A program made the translations under genes and the position numbers. Shown piece by piece: positions 24,231 to 32,893 of a DNA stretch of 43,863 nt. Origin of the DNA: a virus. Location: the UHGV virus genome UHGV-0209067; one strand, 5' to 3'. Below the pieces are notes generated by a model. It was not told the origin of the DNA, made no database searches, and saw nothing but the letters and a program-made list of their open reading frames with translations. The first letter of the stretch is position 1. Each line of letters opens with the position of its first letter.

Positions 24231-24945
24231 GGATTTTCCTCGAAAAAAAACCGCCCTGGTAGGCGGTATTAAACTTGCTGGCGAATCCTCTGGCCGAAGG
24301 GTTTCGCGAGAAACCGAATGTCAGACCAGGAGTCACCTGATAAAAATAATCGTATCGAACGCCCGCAGGTTTCGGCAGCAGGCCAAGCTTCACAATCAGG
24401 CGTAACTCTTCAACTGATACCCGCGGCGAAACGTTCAGCGCAAGCGTCATGTCTTTTCTGTCGGTCACGTAAGCTTCGCCGTTGAATGCCGTCTGTATAA
24501 CATCCTGCAGGCTGACTCGATCGTCTGACGCTATCGTTGCGCCAGCGGCGTTTCGTGCAATTTTGACCCGGAGGAACCTGCGATACTCATTGTCAGCCAG
24601 TTGGTAGTCACCATATGCCGGGGAAAACTTGCTGTAGAAAGGTGCTCCGACATACGCGGCATTAGATTTACTGTCGAAGCCCGCGGTATTCAGATGTCCT
24701 TCAAACCCGAAAAATACACGTGCAATAACAGCCGGCACACTGCGGGGAAGGCCGACTATCCGGCCAATAACATCAAGCCGGTATCCGGTAACCCGGTCGA
24801 GATCAAAGTTATCTGGGTTACGAATAAAATCGGCGATGATTTGCCAGTGCCTGAGCATGGCCTGTATCTCTGACCTTGCATTTTTCTTTTCCCAATATTG
24901 CTTGATGAGCATTAGCGTGTAGCGGTTAATGATGTCGTCATTCAC
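24223..24945 (-). CDS. baseplate/tail protein (Mu gp48-like)
   Basis: 240 aa. Position after the Baseplate_J-like gene and before the fibre matches Mu gp48 / P2 gpI. Its 3' end contains a hairpin+T8 just before the fibre start. Confidence 0.45.
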   Translation of the reverse strand: MNDDIINRYTLMLIKQYWEKKNARSEIQAMLRHWQIIADFIRNPDNFDLDRVTGYRLDVIGRIVGLPRSVPAVIARVFFGFEGHLNTAGFDSKSNAAYVGAPFYSKFSPAYGDYQLADNEYRRFLRVKIARNAAGATIASDDRVSLQDVIQTAFNGEAYVTDRKDMTLALNVSPRVSVEELRLIVKLGLLPKPAGVRYDYFYQVTPGLTFGFSRNPSARGFASKFNTAYQGGFFSRKIHV

Positions 24946-26123
24946 TGGACCACCTCGTTAACGTCTATATTTTCCACACTCAACGTGAACTTTCCCTGAA
25001 AGCCTGGCGATAACTCAGCATCGGTGTAATCTGCCCCATTACTGCTAATTTGCAGATTGGTCAGCACAAAATTTACCCGTCCTACCCCATACCCATTCTC
25101 ATAAAATTCATTGGCATCCACAGACTCACCAATATGCATGGTGCGTGATGCAAGAGATTTTTTGAGAGCATCGATATCTATCGGTTCGCTTTGGATCTTC
25201 CGACGGGCATTAAGCCTGATATGAAGCGGCCTATAGATGGGCCGATCAAACTGAAGTTCATGGGCTATAAGAAATGAGGTGCCGTCAGGCCGAATCAGGG
25301 TCTCGGTAAAACGCCCGGTTATGTTGCCTTTCGTTCCCGTTCCACCGCCTTTCTGTTTAACCATTACCTCCACAATTTCTGAAATTGCTCCCCCCTCAAC
25401 GACCAGCCATATTGAATTCGCAGGAATACCCGTTGTTTGATCATCGATTTTCGTATCGTTCTCACCGATATTTAGATCAATTACGCCTGGCAGTTGGGCA
25501 ACTTTAGCGAAAACCGCACCAGTGCTACCTGTTGCAGGGTTCTCAAGTGACCGGTTCCGGCGTTGCCTGAATTCTTCAGGCGTTTCCTCATCCCGACCGA
25601 CCACAACCGCGGAATCAGAGATAATGCTCACAATCCCTGGTTCTGGTGTGAGTTGAGTGAAGGTATCGTTCACAAGCCCAGTAACTTTCCCAAAGTTTTG
25701 AGCAAAAAAGGTAGCTGTTGTGACGCCCGCCGGAACAGTCACGTCCTGTCGGATAGCCCAGACCTGATTTGCCTGGTCCCGTATCTTGTACCCGCTATAG
25801 AGAAGCACCGGCCTGTCTGTTGTGACTTTAAGGTCGCGCTGAGAACGGGATCCAGGACGAAGGAAAAGCCCGTGAAGTTTGGCGATAATCTGCTGCATAT
25901 CACCAGTATTAAAATCGGGGTCCATTTGGGAATAAAGCCATTGCAACGCGGCTTCAATATCTGCCCGAGCCTGAGCTTCGATTGCCACGCGTTGACCGTC
26001 AGGAGATTCCTGGTCTAAATCGATATCCTGACCATAAATTCCCTTATATCCGTCGCTCAGTTCCTGAAATAACTCCCGGAGAGTGTTTGTCTCAAGGCCG
26101 TTGTCGCTAAACTGTAGTGCCAT
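24942..26123 (-). CDS. baseplate wedge protein, Baseplate_J family (Mu gp47 / P2 gpJ-like)
   Basis: 393 aa, ATGA-coupled to neighbours. Size and position in the baseplate cluster. Confidence 0.6.
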   Translation of the reverse strand: MALQFSDNGLETNTLRELFQELSDGYKGIYGQDIDLDQESPDGQRVAIEAQARADIEAALQWLYSQMDPDFNTGDMQQIIAKLHGLFLRPGSRSQRDLKVTTDRPVLLYSGYKIRDQANQVWAIRQDVTVPAGVTTATFFAQNFGKVTGLVNDTFTQLTPEPGIVSIISDSAVVVGRDEETPEEFRQRRNRSLENPATGSTGAVFAKVAQLPGVIDLNIGENDTKIDDQTTGIPANSIWLVVEGGAISEIVEVMVKQKGGGTGTKGNITGRFTETLIRPDGTSFLIAHELQFDRPIYRPLHIRLNARRKIQSEPIDIDALKKSLASRTMHIGESVDANEFYENGYGVGRVNFVLTNLQISSNGADYTDAELSPGFQGKFTLSVENIDVNEVVQ

Positions 26124-26487
26124 TTTTCAACGCTCCGTTGACCGGGAAGGTGATCGTCTGCTGGTCATAGACGGTCTCAATGCTGAGTTCGATTTTTTGT
26201 GACCGGGTGGCCTTATTGACCTCCATCGCCAGAGCGGTAATGCGCATAACCCCATCCGTCGCCAGCGTCACGCGCTCTATCTCCCGCAGAATCTCCTGCT
26301 CGGTGTTTTTCTCTGATAACAGGTAAAGCCAGTCGATGTTGTCATCCATGTTGAGAGGATTATCGTTTTTGAACGAGCGGATCCGGCATTTGGCTTTCTG
26401 CGCGATAGCAGCACCGCCGGTTATATAGTTTGCCTTCCCGCGCCCAAATCCCCAGTCGTCATTTTTATCAAGTGCTGAAACAATCAT
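26107..26487 (-). CDS. baseplate protein (gp25/GPW-like, Mu gp46 position)
   Basis: 126 aa between the spike and wedge genes. Overlapping starts. Confidence 0.45.
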   Translation of the reverse strand: MIVSALDKNDDWGFGRGKANYITGGAAIAQKAKCRIRSFKNDNPLNMDDNIDWLYLLSEKNTEQEILREIERVTLATDGVMRITALAMEVNKATRSQKIELSIETVYDQQTITFPVNGALKNGTTV

Positions 26488-27101
26488 GAGATCTCCGTGA
26501 CAATACCGTTGGTAACTGTGATTGTTTTCCCGTCATCGCTTTGAAATGAACCAGACACCCCAGACTTACCGCCTGTCTTTACCTGTGAATATTGGAGTAC
26601 ATTTAGAACATCGCATTCTTCCAGAGTCGTCTTACCCTCTTTCTGGGTAATATTTCCTGTGAGGTTTAAATCACCCTCGTGGTCAGAATCCCCCTTCATC
26701 ATCCTGTTCTTCTTAGGGATATTGATCGCGGTAGCCTGTGGGTTAACCCCACACAGAGCGAAGCCATCTGAATAATCGTGCATACGCATTTCAAGTGGTG
26801 AAACAAAGTCGCTACCCGCATACCAGGCGTCATAACAACGCTCAGAGATAAGGACGAGGCAATAGTCACCAGCCGCAATTGGTTCAGCGATATAACTATC
26901 ACCGCCTTGCAAAATTACCGGGGGGACTTCAATGAACTCTGGGAGTTGCTTGCTGCTTCCTTTCACAACCCGATTGATAACGGGGACGCAACTGATTGTT
27001 TTGTCATTTACAGACGTTATTTTTGCGACAACAATGGTGTGAACATCGGCCAGAGCGAATTCAACACCCAGGCTGATAGTGTCGTGAAGTTCTTCAACCA
27101 T
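26484..27101 (-). CDS. baseplate spike/assembly protein V-like (Mu gp45 position)
   Basis: 205 aa. N-terminal beta-rich OB-like region followed by a Gly-rich C-terminus (KTGGKSGVSGS), as in gpV/gp5-type spikes. Confidence 0.5.
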   Translation of the reverse strand: MVEELHDTISLGVEFALADVHTIVVAKITSVNDKTISCVPVINRVVKGSSKQLPEFIEVPPVILQGGDSYIAEPIAAGDYCLVLISERCYDAWYAGSDFVSPLEMRMHDYSDGFALCGVNPQATAINIPKKNRMMKGDSDHEGDLNLTGNITQKEGKTTLEECDVLNVLQYSQVKTGGKSGVSGSFQSDDGKTITVTNGIVTEIS

Positions 27102-27113
27102 AAATTTCGCCCA

Positions 27114-27139
27114 TAAAAAAACCCGCGATTATGCGGGTT
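27114..27139 (-). terminator. intrinsic terminator downstream of the lipoprotein moron (inside the tail operon)
   Basis: Minus strand reads ACCCGCATAATCGCGGGT followed by TTTTTTT. A second weaker hairpin-T run sits at 27186-27207. Confidence 0.6.
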
Positions 27140-27214
27140 TGAGAAACTAGTTATCTATGACGCCAAGTAGATATCCATGAATGATAAAAAGCCAACCTGA
27201 GTGGGCTTCGTCTA

Positions 27215-27895
27215 TTATTGCTTCATGCCATCCATAAACCATGCAGATCGATTTTTAATGTCGGAAAAAAGCATTGATGTTGTGACATTAGATAGTGTCA
27301 AAGGAACCACTTTCCCCGCGCCAATTTCTATATCGTTTTCCACAATCACAGGGTCTTTCCCTATATATACCCCAACAAAATTCGCTGTAATTGTTTTATC
27401 GGTGTCATTCGTCAAATTAAGAGATAAAGATACATCTGAAGGAGAGAAACCTCCCGCAATGCTTGGTTTCTTTCTCGCCTGATCAAGACTTTGCTTTAGC
27501 TTTTGACCGAATGCGACATAAGCAAAATTTTTCTCAGTGTCACGCAATACCCTAATTTGACTTGTCGAGTCTGCCACCTTGTTGGCTGGGCCATATGCAA
27601 TAGGGACTGAAAATGATGCAAAACTATTAAATTTCTTCTGAAAACATTCTTTAAACTCACTTTCAGGAATTATTTTTGCTATTTCATTCTTAGCATCAAC
27701 TAATCCTTTCGATGGTTGGCGGGAATCCTCGTAACTATTGCAAGCGGGGACTTCAACATATAAATCTGCAGAACCTGTTTTTAGTTCGCTGCCCAACAAT
27801 CCTGACAGGGGTATCGATGCCCCCATGTCAATTTTGCAGCCATTCAGTGCCAGCGCCGAGACCACTACCGCCCCCAACATCACTACCTTTCTCAT
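27215..27895 (-). CDS. lipoprotein moron (possible superinfection-exclusion / surface lipoprotein)
   Basis: Start ATG at 27895 with AAGGAG RBS (the ORF track's 27913 start is a TTG). Signal peptide MRKVVMLGAVVVSALALNGC with lipobox-like LNGC. AT-rich relative to flanking tail genes. Followed by two terminators, preceded by a promoter-like TTGGAA...TAACAT. Confidence 0.6.
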   Translation of the reverse strand: MRKVVMLGAVVVSALALNGCKIDMGASIPLSGLLGSELKTGSADLYVEVPACNSYEDSRQPSKGLVDAKNEIAKIIPESEFKECFQKKFNSFASFSVPIAYGPANKVADSTSQIRVLRDTEKNFAYVAFGQKLKQSLDQARKKPSIAGGFSPSDVSLSLNLTNDTDKTITANFVGVYIGKDPVIVENDIEIGAGKVVPLTLSNVTTSMLFSDIKNRSAWFMDGMKQ

Positions 27896-27975
27896 ATCAC
27901 CACTCCTTTGCAAAGGGACTATGATGTTAGCACTGCCTAAATAAATAATTCCAATTGTTTGGGTAATGAATTCCT

Positions 27976-28929
27976 TTATCTAACAACGCGATAATTCCCC
28001 GCAGGCTGGCACACGATCTTCTGATACCATGCGGCCCCGTTGTTCTGCCCACTGGTTTCAATCTGGTATATCTTATAAACCCCGTTTAGCGCGGGGTTCG
28101 TTACACTTTCAACAGCGCAAAGCCCACCGATCACCAGCGTAGGATTCAGTTTCGTGTCGAATACTATTTGCCCTTTTGATTGAGGGGGTAGCGTGCTTGA
28201 GTCAACCTTATCTTTGCTACCGCCCCCTGGATCGGTTTCCGGGTCGTTAGTGGGCTTTTGCCCCTTCTGACCGCCGGCATCTTGTGCGCTAATCTTCGTT
28301 GCCTGAGGCGTATTTAGCAGACCGCTACGCGCATTCACGACTGGAATGTTACCCGATGTAACCTCATTAGCCTTTAGGATGTGGACGCGCTCATCTTTGA
28401 TGAAAAATGACTCGTCAGGCGCAAGGGTATCGGTAAGAATTTTACTGGAGCTACCTACCAGAACCTTCGGCCTGATAAGCGCCTGTTGCTTCGTCACAGA
28501 GCCTTTTTTCGTGTTTGGCATGTCCTGCAAAACGGAATCGACGACCTGATCCTTACCGCGCACCGTGCGCGATGTGAAGGAATTGATATAGTCGTGACCG
28601 CCGTCTTCGCATTCAAGGCTGACGATGTGGATCGCACCTTCACGTTTTACCGCCCCGCTTTTAACCGAACCCTGAAATACCTGGCGCAGCTTGCCGTCGT
28701 AACCCACCTCGAGGCGAACGGGGATATACTTCTCTTCATCTTCGGACTTGAGCAATTGCAGGCGCGTGGAGGGCTTTAAACCGTTGATGGACACACTCAA
28801 CTTGCCGAGTGACTTCTTGTCCACGGTTTCCAGCGCCTTGAATGACATGGTGATCGGTGGCTCGATAATCACTGCTTGATTGCCGAGCCCTACCGTCAGC
28901 CGATAGTCACGGTAAAAAGTATCCATCAC
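27976..28929 (-). CDS. baseplate hub-like protein (Mu gp44 position)
   Basis: 317 aa. Synteny only. Confidence 0.4.
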   Translation of the reverse strand: MMDTFYRDYRLTVGLGNQAVIIEPPITMSFKALETVDKKSLGKLSVSINGLKPSTRLQLLKSEDEEKYIPVRLEVGYDGKLRQVFQGSVKSGAVKREGAIHIVSLECEDGGHDYINSFTSRTVRGKDQVVDSVLQDMPNTKKGSVTKQQALIRPKVLVGSSSKILTDTLAPDESFFIKDERVHILKANEVTSGNIPVVNARSGLLNTPQATKISAQDAGGQKGQKPTNDPETDPGGGSKDKVDSSTLPPQSKGQIVFDTKLNPTLVIGGLCAVESVTNPALNGVYKIYQIETSGQNNGAAWYQKIVCQPAGNYRVVR

Positions 28930-29261
28930 GGCACGTCTCCCCCGCGAATATCAATCATCTCTTCCGGCGTGACCAAATACATTTCGATGCGCCCACTGGC
29001 GAAGTCATCAGCCCGATACGGGTCAATGCCGGAATTGTCAGCGCAAAGTAACACAACGTCGAAAGGCCAGTTCTTGTGCCGAAAATGTAGCGTCCCGAGG
29101 GACAGCTTCACGCCATCGATGTAATCACCGTTGTACTCCACGCGCATTTTCCACATTTCAACCGTAGGCAGATAACGAATAGTGACCACAGCCTCACCAC
29201 GGTCAAAAATCAGAACATGCCGCTGGATAGGTTCGTCAGTGATGTTGGTTATCGGGTCCAT
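28926..29261 (-). CDS. tail/baseplate protein
   Basis: 111 aa, ATGA-coupled. Synteny only. Confidence 0.4.
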   Translation of the reverse strand: MDPITNITDEPIQRHVLIFDRGEAVVTIRYLPTVEMWKMRVEYNGDYIDGVKLSLGTLHFRHKNWPFDVVLLCADNSGIDPYRADDFASGRIEMYLVTPEEMIDIRGGDVP

Positions 29262-29273
29262 ACGTTGCTCTCA

Positions 29274-30080
29274 TTAGAATAAAGATTTCGCCGCACCTTT
29301 TAACGAGGTCATGACTGATTTTGACTGGCTAGCCCCGTTACTTTTTTTAGAATTACCAGCGGGCGTCTGCGCGCCCTTATTAGCAACGCCTGCTGTTTTT
29401 GATTTAGCAGCTACCGAGGGGGATTTGAAGTGCTGCTCTATCGGTGCAGTAGTCAGTTGCGTGAAGGTAATTTTTGTAAAACTGGCCTCAAACTTAGTTT
29501 CCATCGTCTGATTGTCAGTGCTGATGAGCAGGCCGCTTAATGCCATATTTTCATGAGTGCGATAATCTACCTCCACGGAAATAAGCTGCTTGCCGTAGTA
29601 GACCCCCTCAAGGAAGTCGAGAAATTGCTCACGTATACCTTTTGCGCCACCAGTTGACGGGTTGCCCACCAGCCCAAACAGGTCGGCACCTTTATCAGCC
29701 AGGCGTTTTGCCTTTAAGATGGCCTGCTCTGCGCGGTCGGCAATCTCATTCATTTTTTGCAACTGCTGCTGCGTCTTTGTGGGGATGTACTCCAGCACCT
29801 CGCCATACTTCGAATAATCTGGCATCAGGCAAAAAGAAGAGTTTGGTTTCGCATCGACATAGATATCGGCAACAACACCGCTGATTTTTATCGTCAGAGG
29901 GCCGTTGATAATATCGTCAGACGCGTTACTACCGTCCTCCAGCACGTCTACCGGAACCTGAGATGGGTATTCAGTAGCGTCGCTCACTCGGGCAAACATT
30001 GAGAACCCGCCGATCCCTACCTTTTTAACAGTATCTTTGCCAGAAGATTGCGCCTGCATGAGGCCGTCTATAATCCCCAT
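29274..30080 (-). CDS. tail protein following tape measure (DNA-circulation-protein position)
   Basis: 268 aa, start overlaps the TMP stop. C-terminal Ala/Lys/Ser-rich tail. Synteny only. Confidence 0.4.
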   Translation of the reverse strand: MGIIDGLMQAQSSGKDTVKKVGIGGFSMFARVSDATEYPSQVPVDVLEDGSNASDDIINGPLTIKISGVVADIYVDAKPNSSFCLMPDYSKYGEVLEYIPTKTQQQLQKMNEIADRAEQAILKAKRLADKGADLFGLVGNPSTGGAKGIREQFLDFLEGVYYGKQLISVEVDYRTHENMALSGLLISTDNQTMETKFEASFTKITFTQLTTAPIEQHFKSPSVAAKSKTAGVANKGAQTPAGNSKKSNGASQSKSVMTSLKGAAKSLF

Positions 30081-31942
30081 TAACGACCTCCTCTGCCACT
30101 CAACCGGTTGGCATCCTTCATGTTTTGTTGCAGGCTATCTGCCGCAGTATTCCCGGCGACAACCGGATCGGATGTGTTGATGTGAATCGTGTTCTGCTGG
30201 CTGACGCTTGAATTGCTTGTCACGCCACCACCAGCGATCCCCACCGCAGCATTCATGCCATAGGGGATGCCATCTGGACTCATGCCGCCGTTACCGCCAC
30301 CGGTTACTCCCTGCTGCTGTTCATCCTCACCGAACCCGAAGAATGACTTTGTCGCATTCCAGGCATTTGAAGCAGCGTTGCTGATAATATTGCTGATGTA
30401 TTCCCCCAGCCCAGCAAAGATGTTTTTCGCCCAGTCAATAAAGGCCGTGAACGGTTTTTTCATCAGTTCAACGCCGTTATCGAAGATTTTAACCACATCC
30501 CCCCATGCACCTTCAAAATCGCCCGTGACTAACTTCCATAGTGCTGAGAACATCAGCTTCGTGTTTTCGATGGCAGTAGTGAATACATCAACGACAAACG
30601 CGCCGGCATCGCCAAACACGTATTTAATCGCATCACCAACGACACCAAATGCACCAGTGATAAACGCTATAAGAGAATCAAAGACATTCTGCGCATCCTT
30701 CATCGCATCCTGAAAATCACCCGTAAACGCACCTGTGATGAGATGCCACACCATCCTGAACATGGAGGCAATCGCATCCGCAAGCGGTTTAAACACGCCA
30801 ATGGCGTAGTTTATGAAGGCCATGAGCGACGCTTTCGCCTCTTTCAGTGCGGGAACAATATCTATTCCCCAGTTATCTTTGAAGAAATCAGCAATAACGC
30901 TTTGGCCACCTTCCATAGCCGTCAGCAAATCATCGATAACAAGAACGACAGCGATAATGGCGGCAGTGATCAGTACGACAGGAGAGAATATGGTTGCCAG
31001 CACCGTTCTAAGTCCTATAGCTGCAATTTTCCAGGCTACAAATCCGGTAGTAATAAGACCAATAATCGGCAGGAATCGGCGGATCATACCCATGACGGAG
31101 AAAATAATTTCACCAAGATGAGCCAACCCGTTTTTGATGAGATCCTTGTTAGCAATGAGAAAGTCCGTAAACCCATCCACCAGGTCTTTCAGCACTGGCA
31201 CAAATCCGACGGCAACCTGAAATTTGATACCATCAAAACCTTTCCCCAGCGTAGTCAGAGAATCGTTGTAGGCTGCAAACTGATCGGCCTGGTCTTGCGT
31301 CACAACACCAAGCGCCTCAGCCTTGTTCTGCAACGAAGATATTTCTTCGCCCGTCATGGATAGCAACTGCACCATGGAACGGTCTATACCCATCTTATCC
31401 AGAACAGAAAACTTCTCTGCCTGGCTCATGCCGTGCAGTTTGTCGGCCAGTTCACGAAAAATCACATCGGAGTTTTTTACCTGCCCGTTCATATCCTTGA
31501 ACTGAAGGCCCAGCCTTTCAGCAACGTCTTTTGCTTCCCCCTCTCCGGTTGAAACGAACTCCCCCACTCTTTTTGTCATCTCACCGAGCGAAGCCTGCAA
31601 CGCATCAACACTTGAACCATTTACGGACGCCGCGTAACCCAGTGTCTGAACGGTCTCGATCGCCACGCCCGTTTCCCGGGAGAACTGGACCAGCGGATCA
31701 ATAGACTGACTGACAGACGTCACCCAGCCAGCAACTCCTGCAGCCGAACCGGCGATAGCAGCCCCAAGACCGGCAAGCAGACCAATAGACGCTTTCAGAT
31801 TCGCATTGAAGGTTTCCTGCGGCGCCAGATCACCGATAAAGCCGAATTTGGTAATAAGCTCGTTAACTATCGCCATTCCGCGCCTTCTCCATCTCGTAGT
31901 GTTGAATGTCTGCGCTGATATTCTCGAACTCAAGCATGTCAA
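30080..31942 (-). CDS. tail tape measure protein
   Basis: 620 aa (start may be MAIVNEL at 31876). Long alpha-helical N-terminal region. Multiple hydrophobic/TM-like Gly/Ala-rich repeats. Position after the tail chaperone gene. Confidence 0.8.
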   Translation of the reverse strand: MTCLSSRISAQTFNTTRWRRRGMAIVNELITKFGFIGDLAPQETFNANLKASIGLLAGLGAAIAGSAAGVAGWVTSVSQSIDPLVQFSRETGVAIETVQTLGYAASVNGSSVDALQASLGEMTKRVGEFVSTGEGEAKDVAERLGLQFKDMNGQVKNSDVIFRELADKLHGMSQAEKFSVLDKMGIDRSMVQLLSMTGEEISSLQNKAEALGVVTQDQADQFAAYNDSLTTLGKGFDGIKFQVAVGFVPVLKDLVDGFTDFLIANKDLIKNGLAHLGEIIFSVMGMIRRFLPIIGLITTGFVAWKIAAIGLRTVLATIFSPVVLITAAIIAVVLVIDDLLTAMEGGQSVIADFFKDNWGIDIVPALKEAKASLMAFINYAIGVFKPLADAIASMFRMVWHLITGAFTGDFQDAMKDAQNVFDSLIAFITGAFGVVGDAIKYVFGDAGAFVVDVFTTAIENTKLMFSALWKLVTGDFEGAWGDVVKIFDNGVELMKKPFTAFIDWAKNIFAGLGEYISNIISNAASNAWNATKSFFGFGEDEQQQGVTGGGNGGMSPDGIPYGMNAAVGIAGGGVTSNSSVSQQNTIHINTSDPVVAGNTAADSLQQNMKDANRLSGRGGR

Positions 31943-32029
31943 ACAGCTCAGGTGTGTCTAATTTAACAAGTTCGTGATAGGGGCCGTATCCGGCCTTTGA
32001 CAGCGCCAGATACATGCTCATGTCGTCGC

Positions 32030-32443
32030 TTATGTTCGAGGATTTAACGTAAATTTCTGAACGTCTGGAGCTTCTGAACGTGAGTTCATATTGCTCCCGC
32101 CCATAAAAGGCAGGCTGATAACCTGAAGCGCTGTTGTGATTAGCATGACGTAATCACCAGGGTAGGATTCGAAGTGTTCCGGCTGCTTGGACAGTTGCAC
32201 ACCGTCAAACAGAACGTAATCGAACATCAGGCGTTCAATTTCCTCGAATCGCTCTGAGTCCAGAAACTCAAGAGACTGCCGCGATAACTCAGAGGCAATG
32301 CCTGTGAAGAAGGCAAAAACCTTGCGGCGTTTTTTGTGTGTCATCGCTGCAAAGTCGTAGCGGTTGCCGTTAATCTCAGCAAAACCGTCATCGTAGACCG
32401 CCTTGATCATCTCGAGTGCTTTTTTCTGCTGTTCTTTAGACAT
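32030..32443 (-). CDS. tail assembly chaperone (gpG-like)
   Basis: 137 aa, acidic, between the tube and tape measure. No obvious slippery heptamer found for a G-T frameshift. Confidence 0.45.
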   Translation of the reverse strand: MSKEQQKKALEMIKAVYDDGFAEINGNRYDFAAMTHKKRRKVFAFFTGIASELSRQSLEFLDSERFEEIERLMFDYVLFDGVQLSKQPEHFESYPGDYVMLITTALQVISLPFMGGSNMNSRSEAPDVQKFTLNPRT

Positions 32444-32451
32444 ATCTGGCC

Positions 32452-32883
32452 TTATACGTTACGCACGACATTGCGGTACTCAATGGTGTATTCCATCAGT
32501 GCGTTAACGTCCTGGTTGTTTTTGGTTTGCGTCGGTTGTGTGGTGATAGAACCGGCCTGTAGATCGTAGGTTTCCTTTAGTGCCGCGCCGTCGCGCACGA
32601 ACGACTCTTTAACTGAGCCATTAAAGACAACGGGGATCGCAGCGTTACGCTGCTGGTTGAGCCAGATATCATCGTTAGAAAACTTCTGGACGCGTATCAC
32701 CATCACATGTACCCCGGCATCAACACGCCCGGAGATTGTGACGCCGTTATTCGCACTATTGGCGCGGCTTGTAAGCGGATTGGATGGCGTCAGCGTGACG
32801 TAGTCCCCCGCAGCGATATCCGTGATGATTCGCCCATTCAGAACGATGGTCGCGGTATCTGCACTGATAACAATCTGAGACAT
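32452..32883 (-). CDS. tail tube protein
   Basis: 143 aa immediately downstream of the sheath gene. Confidence 0.55.
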   Translation of the reverse strand: MSQIVISADTATIVLNGRIITDIAAGDYVTLTPSNPLTSRANSANNGVTISGRVDAGVHVMVIRVQKFSNDDIWLNQQRNAAIPVVFNGSVKESFVRDGAALKETYDLQAGSITTQPTQTKNNQDVNALMEYTIEYRNVVRNV

Positions 32884-32893
32884 TTACCGCTCC

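Noticed and set aside
30267-31363. Several plus-strand ORFs (148, 206 and 102 aa) inside the tape measure gene
   Set aside because: They are antisense to a well-supported long TMP ORF and lack RBSs. They are typical shadow ORFs in a biased-composition gene.
32030-32110. Programmed -1 frameshift producing a G-T-like fusion downstream of the tail chaperone gene
   Set aside because: No X XXY YYZ slippery heptamer was found by eye near the 3' end. The downstream frame runs into the TMP N-terminus rather than a discrete T extension.
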